64,000 nt of DNA from Selaginella moellendorffii (taxonomy: Eukaryota > Plantae > Lycopodiophyta), in the NCBI RefSeq assembly GCF_000143415.4, contig NW_003314284.1:1408693-1472692 (forward strand), given 5' to 3'. Made by a program: the position numbers and the translations under genes. Within the stretch, counting starts at the first letter, position 1, and each line of letters starts with the position of its first letter. Of the stretch, positions 57,510 to 64,000 are shown one piece after another. The notes below the pieces were generated by a model. That model was given only the letters and a program-made list of their open reading frames with translations. It searched no databases and had not been told where the DNA came from.

Positions 57510-60500
57510 ATGGACGATAGCTGCGCCTCGGGCGGTCTCGGTGTCGAAGGTATGCTCTCGGGATTCTTGTTCTTGTGCCAATGCGATGCTTTGTAGCGGG
57601 CGACAAGGAGAATCTCTTACCGACACAACAGGTTTGCTTCTCTCGCTCTCTCATTCTCGCTCGTAGCGTAACACGAACACGAGGTTTTCCAGCTCAAGAG
57701 GAAGCCGGTCGCTGCTGTGAAGCCACAGGATCCAAAGCGCTTGCGAGTGTCCAACGCGAGAGGAATGGAGTGTTCCAGCAAGGAATTCTCAGGAATCTTG
57801 GGTTCCGAGTTGAGCGACGGGTATTCCTCTCGGATTCTTCACTCGGGGATGGTCATCAACGTACAGCGATGCGGGCAGAGGTCCGAGAGCGAGATCCAAG
57901 CAGCAAGCTTGCGTTTTGGTGGCAAGCGCACTGGTTTGAGTCTCGGGGGAGTGAGAGCTCCTTTGGAAAGAAGTCTAGACTCAAAAGTTACGATGGACGA
58001 GGGAGATTTTGGGGATGTGACAGAGGTAGAGAAAAGGAGCAAACGAGCACCAGCTGTCGGAGGAACTTCAGATAGCTCCGGAAAGCCGAAGGTCTCGCAG
58101 AATTCCGCGGGGAATTTTGTAAAGCTCAATATCAACGGGAAAGGACGTAAGAATCGCAAGTTCCTCAATCGTGCATCTTCTGGGAAGAAGTCGTCTTACC
58201 GTGGACGTAGAAGATCCAGTTTTAAGAAGAAGGACCGCGACAATGCCGTCGATGAAGGGAAGGATCAGATTTGGGAGGACGATGGCTGGTGCGATTCTGG
58301 GAATGGAGAGCCTCTTCAACGCCAAGATGAAGCTTGCCTCCCCGACGAAGCGCTCGCGGCTTTGAAAGATCCAACTGACCAGAACTTATTGAAGGTTCTT
58401 CGTTCTGTTTTTGGATACGGTAGCTTCCGGAAGGGACAGGTAGAGACGATTCGTTGCGTGCTGTCAGGGCAGTCAACCATGCTTGTTCTTTCCACCGGTG
58501 CTGGAAAGTCACTTTGTTACCAGGTATTTCCTTTTCTTTTTCTTCATCTGGTTCTTAAATTCTTGCAAACTATTTCAGCTTGCGGCCTATCTTCTACCTG
58601 GAACCACTTTGGTGATAAGCCCATTGTTAGCATTGATGGTTGATCAGTTGCGTCATCTTCCATCGGCGATCCCTGGCGCTCTTATCAATAGCACTCAGGT
58701 TTGTTTCCTTTACTAATCCAAGGTGCATAACATTCATGATTGGATAGTCTGCAAAGGAGAGTTTGGAAGTACTAGAACAAGTAAGGACTGGAGCCGTTAA
58801 GGTATTCATTTTCTTAGCTGTGAAAATCGTCCGGTTTTATGGATTTAACGATTAATGGCGCAGGTTCTTTTTATATCTCCAGAGCGACTATACAGTGAGA
58901 GCTTTCTGTCCGTATTAACTGATCTTCCAAGTATATCACTGGCTGTGGTTGACGAAGCTCACTGTGTTTCGGAATGGTTTGTTTATTTTCTGGTACAATT
59001 TGCCTGCTCACTAACAACTTCACTGCAGGTCACATAACTTTAGACCGTCGTACTACAGGCTTGGGAGTGTTCTTCGTAATAAAGTTAAGCCGAAATGCGT
59101 GCTGGCTATGACCGCTACAGCTACTCGAAAAACGAAGGACTCAGTTTTGTCCTCCCTGGGAATTTCATCGAATAATGTACTGAATCAGCCGGAAGTTCCA
59201 CAAAATCTTGTTCTTACGGTTTCCCGCTGTGAAACCAACAAGTACGTGCTGATTCATCTTGGATCTAACTTACTCTCTTGCAGACTGCATGCTCTTGCTC
59301 AGCTGCTCAACTCTAGCCCATTTGTGGATGCGCAGAGCATTATCATATATGTCAAATTTCAGGTGACGCTCTCTTTCTATAATGCTTGCGGGCCAATTTG
59401 ACGGAATGCGTCCAGAATGAAGCGGACCTAGTGTGCAACTATCTCCAGTCGAAGGGCCTCCTTACAGACGTAAGCACAACATTCTATGCTTGCTGAATGT
59501 ACAGCATGGTTGAACTTCAGAGTTATCACGCTGGAAGAACGTTACAAACGCGGCGAGAAGTCCAGGAAAAGTTTTGCTTGAACAAACTTCGAGTGGTAAT
59601 GTGCTTGCTTCGAGTGCTTTACAGGACTCTTACATGAACCATACTTCTTAGGTGGTTGCGACCGTTGCCTTTGGAATGGGACTTGACAAAAGTGATGTGA
59701 GGGGGGTAAGAAAGCTAATTAGAAGGTCATATTGATATTAAACAATGCAATGCTCAGGTAATTCATTATTCCATACCATCAAGTCCCGAACACTATGTTC
59801 AGGTGAGTTTTAGAATTTTGAAAACCGGCATTTGATTGTATAAACAGGAAATAGGACGTGCTGGCCGCGATGGTAAACCTGCATTTTGTCATCTCTTTCT
59901 TGAGAACTGTAGCTATTTAAAGCTGAGGAGCTTGGCACACAGGTACATACACTAAATTTGAGGTGCTTTGCTAATGATGAACGAGTGCTGCAGCGATGGT
60001 GCTGATGAATACGCGATAAACAAGCTCCTTTCTCGCATTTTTGGTTCTGGCCGTGGATTGCAATCTTTAAATATCGAGCAGGCATGCAGGGAATTAGATT
60101 TAAAAGAGGAGGTAAAAAGTCGCAAAGTTTTGGATTTTAGAATTCTCTCGTGATCATCCTTATAAGCATTACAGGTGATAGCTACAGTTCTCTCCTACTT
60201 GGAAGTCGGAGAAGAGCAGCACTTAAGAGTACTCTCTTCTCTTAAGGCCACATGTATCTTACACTTCCACAAGGTAACATAGCAGCTATGCGGCACCGAA
60301 TTTTGACGCAGCACATTACAGGGTTCACCGCATGTGCTGGCAAGATCAAATGCATTTTGTTCTGCGGTTTTAGAAAGGTAGGCTCACTTTGAGTCAAGGA
60401 TCCAACTCAACTGCGTGGCATGCAGGAAACAAGAAAAGAACGGCGGATACACTCTCAATCTACCATCTCTCACCGCAGAGATGAAAGTAACGCTGATGCA

Positions 60501-61271
60501 AATTCAGAAAGAGCTTCAAGCCCTTCAGACAAGAGGAGAAATCGCGTACGAGCTGAAAGATCCAGCATTTTGCTACCAAGTCCTGGAATCTCCGGATGAC
60601 ATTTGCATGCTCACTTCAAAACTTGCGGACTACCTTTCACAAGCCGAATCGTGCAAGGTTAATCTACTCTGGTTATGGAGTGTAGTTCTTTTAACGCTGC
60701 TCCACAGGTGAGAAAACTGGACGCGATGTACAATGCCGCAGCTTTGTCAGTGGGACCTTCGGCTGAATCACCTATACGAGCCAGCATAAAGGCTTATTTC
60801 GATTCCAGCTCCGACCAACAAGCTCTTACGATGCCGGGCTTTCTCAAAACCACAAGGTAAGCAAACTTCTCTTTTTCACATGCAGCTAAATTCCCCCTCA
60901 CTTGCTGCGATTTTAGCTCCTTTTTGCGTGCTGATGTCAAGGTCAGTTCACTCGACTTCAAGCGAATGGTGTGAAGCTGAAAACATTTGGCTGACAGGTT
61001 TTCCTACGCTCCAACGAAATGGACTTCACTGGCCGTGCCATTGCCAGAATTTTCCACGGCCTGGGGAGTCCCATGTACCCGGCTTCCTCATGGTCCAGGA
61101 ACCATTTCTGGTACGTACGCTTGATGGAAATTCCTAGCACCAGACATTGATTCTCCTGTTCTTTTTTTTGTTCTTTTGTTTCTCAGGGGCCGACACATGG
61201 ACGTGGATTTCTATGCCATTAGGGAGGTTGCCACCGCGGAGCTCCTTGCTTGTCGCAGTAGCAAGAGATAA
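57510..61271 (+). CDS. RECQ5: RecQ helicase, RECQL4-type (plant RecQ5), many short introns; start codon uncertain
   Basis: NFVKLNINGK N-terminal motif, FGYGSFRKGQ, Walker A STGAGKSLCYQ, VDEAHCVSEWSHNFRPSY, TATAT, VATVAFGMGLDKSDV, QEIGRAGRDG and C-terminal GRAIARIFHGLGSP. Stop TAA at 61269-61271. Confidence 0.92.
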
Positions 61272-61595
61272 CTAACAAGGTACCATCATAAATATTTCAT
61301 GATCTTCACCTCATCGAAAATCCCAGGAGGAGGACGAGGAGGAGGAGAGATAACCGTTTGGAAGAGCGTGAACCAACTGCTCTTATAACTATAGGTACAT
61401 AGAAACAGCTGGTCTCAAAAATGGTCTCACACTGCTTTTAGGGTAAAGGATAAAGGGACAGCTGAGTGAGGAGCGAAATGGTGGAGCGGTAGCGGAGAAT
61501 TGGCATTGGATCTCGTTGGGTTTCGAGGAATCTGGCCAATGGTGGTGGATCTGCGACGCTAGATCTTGGCTTCTCTTCTGGGTAGGCTCGCAGAA

Positions 61596-62877
61596 ATGGC
61601 TCCGACGAGCAGCAAGGATAGGAAGGCAGTGGCCGATGTGGGCGCTTGGCTCTTTAATGTGACCACGTCCGTGGGGATCATCATGGTGAACAAGAAGCTC
61701 ATGGACCACTACGGCTTTAGCTTCGGTCAGTGGAAAGTTTGGATCTGCTCGTTTCTGATCTATCTGGTGCTGAAGTTTTTTGTTGTTTTGCCTTTCGTTT
61801 TTGCAGCCACGACACTGACAGGCCTGCATTTTGGAATGACCACGCTAATGACTCTGGTGCTCAGATTCCTGGGTTTTATCCAACCGACCCACTTGCCATT
61901 CGTCGATCTCGCAAAGTTCGCTCTTTGCGCAAACTTCTCCATCGTCGGCATGAACGTCAGCCTGATGTGGAACTCCGTTGGCTTCTACCAGGTAAGCTTG
62001 TGCTTTGCTCTTTTCTAGAGCTCGAGTTCGTATGCCTCCTTGCGCAGATTGCAAAGCTCAGTATGATCCCCGTCTCTTGCCTTCTCGAGGTCCTTTTCGA
62101 CAAGATACGCTACTCGCGAGACACAAAGCTAAGCATCGTGGTGGTGTTGCTAGGAGTGGGAATCTGCACGGTCAGCGACGTGAGTGTCAACACGAAAGGA
62201 TTCGTGGCGGCCGCCATAGCAGTGTGGAGCACAGCACTCCAGCAATATGTAAGTGTTTCAGAAGACACTTTTCATTGATCCACTCTTGTTTGTTTGCTGC
62301 AGTACGTGCACTTTTTGCAAAAGAAATACGCCCTGGGCTCCTTCGATCTCCTGGGCCACACCGCTCCCGTCCAAGCCGGCTCGCTCATCCTCTGCGGCCC
62401 CATAATCGACTACTGGCTCACTGGCCTGCGAGTCGACTTGTTTCAATTCTCCTTCCCTTCACTGGTAAGTGTAGCTTAGCTGTTTTTCTTTTTATCTCAT
62501 TCCATCGATCCAGCTTCTCAAACTCGTTGGGAATTCTTTTGCAGTTTTTCATCATCCTCTCGTGTTCCATCGCCGTGGGAACCAACCTCAGCCAGTTCAT
62601 CTGCATTGGGAGGTTCACGGCGGTGTCGTTCCAGGTGCTGGGACACATGAAGACGGTGCTGGTGCTGGTGCTGGGATTTTTCCTCTTCGGCCGCCAGGGA
62701 CTTAATCTCCAGGTGGTGCTGGGAATGCTCATGGCGGTGGTGGGAATGGTGTGGTATGGCAACGCGTCGTCCAAGCCCGGCGGCAAAGAGAAGAGAGCCT
62801 ACGTCCTTCCCATCAAAGTCTCTAAGAACAGTGTTAGTAGCGAGGACGACGAAGAGCTTGTGAGCAACAAGACTTGA
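61596..62877 (+). CDS. URGT: UDP-rhamnose/UDP-galactose nucleotide-sugar transporter (URGT, TPT/NST family), 5 exons
   Basis: [55 protein letters not shown] and [24 protein letters not shown]. Confidence 0.9.
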
Positions 62878-63061
62878 TCCATCGATCGATTCTTTTGTTC
62901 TTCTTTCCATATTTTTTTCTCCCTACGTCCTTTTTATCTCTCTTATAGGGAGCGATCGAGAATAGTTCTTAGAATAAGTGTATCTATTTTGTTGCCTAGA
63001 GTTAGGGTTTTTGGGTTGCGCCAGGCGCCAGCTCTCCTTCCTTCCATCCAGATCTGCCACA

Positions 63062-64000
63062 ATGTGGAAGAATTTCAAGGAGAATCTCTCCCAGATGGCG
63101 TCCGAGGTGCTCGAGACGGTCGAGGAGCTCGATCCGAAGGCGCATCGCGAGGAGGACGAGGAGGGAGATTCTTCGCCGGCGGTGTCTGGCAGCTCCAGAT
63201 CGCAGCAGGTATGGGCGAGTGTGGCCGGATTGTGATCCAGGGCTGAGGATTTTGTGCGCAGGCCGGCAGAGGATTCCACAGCCGGCGGAGATCTGAGGAT
63301 GGTTTCCAGAATTTTGATCATCGCTCTTGGAGGAATCGGGATTACAAGGAAAGGAACGGCGTGGGAGCAGACGATTTCGGGGACTACGAGTCACGCTTGC
63401 TGGAGAGCCAGAGGAAGTGTCAGGATCTTGCGAATCGCGAGAAGGTATGTCGTTTCTTTTGCTTTTGTAGTGGTAAACTTTAGATTCCAGGAGCTGCTAG
63501 ATCAAATGCGGGGCAAGGAACAAGCGTTCCGGGATCTAGATAACAGCCATCGTACTGCGCAGCAAGAGCTGGAGAGGCTTACGATAGAACTGGAGAAAGC
63601 TCGTTTGGAGTTACATAGTTTCCAACAAAGTGGCTCTCTGGGAAATCATGATGAGAGGACTGCTACTCAACCAGATGCTGAGAAACTACAAAGGGAGTTA
63701 CAAGAGAGGGACGAAACAATCAGTCAGATTCGAGAATCAATATCAGCACTGACGACCGAGCGCAGTCTCTTCCAGGTATAGTGTTATATGTTTTCTTTTC
63801 TTTTCTATAGATATGTGTATGTAGGCAGAAAAGGAACAGCTGAAAAAGGCTTTAGATTCACGCGAGCTTGAACTGCAGCAGCAAGCTGCTTCTGCAGAAA
63901 AAACGACGAGTGAACCAGAGGTTTTCCAGATTGAAATGCTGAGAGCTCAAGCTCAACAGGTATGTTCTCTAGAGGGATAAGTAGCTAAAAGCAAAAGCTG
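63062..64000 (+). CDS. Coiled-coil protein, golgin-like (GC3/GC4-like N-terminus); runs off the right edge
   Basis: MWKNFKENLSQMASEVLETVEELD followed by heptad-rich exons (ELLDQMRGKEQAF..., EKEQLKKALDSRELELQQ). Confidence 0.55.

Overview
This is eukaryotic plant nuclear DNA, most likely a lycophyte such as Selaginella (inferred from ~50-60 nt introns, very tight gene spacing and PLS-class PPR genes). Two gene-dense, GC-rich flanks enclose a ~45 kb AT-rich, CpG-depleted transposon island. The left flank (1-5.8 kb) has TIC21/PIC1, a dehydrin/LEA-like gene with an ABRE promoter, an F-box/kelch gene and an orphan gene. The right flank (50.7-64 kb) has tandem atypical Dof genes, a P450 pseudogene, a RecQ5/RECQL4-type helicase, a URGT nucleotide-sugar transporter and a golgin-like gene. 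The island holds: (i) PPR and SCP1-type phosphatase pseudogene fragments; (ii) a cluster of TRIM/Cassandra-like elements whose LTRs carry a 5S rRNA internal-promoter segment; (iii) a young non-chromoviral Ty3/gypsy element with a 4-bp TSD, a tRNA-Ala PBS and a canonical G GGA AAC plus H-type pseudoknot -1 frameshift signal; (iv) a four-level nest of gypsy LTRs; and (v) the best candidate for an under-described system, a decayed ~10 kb element in which a GCM-like-finger/Mutator-type DDE transposase is transcribed divergently from a ParB-like + beta-class amino (N6A/N4C) DNA methyltransferase-like fusion gene. The element in (v) is invisible in the ORF track because C>T/G>A changes have introduced stops and altered its motifs. 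All family assignments come from manual translation and remembered motifs, not database searches. Coordinates of degenerate features are approximate.
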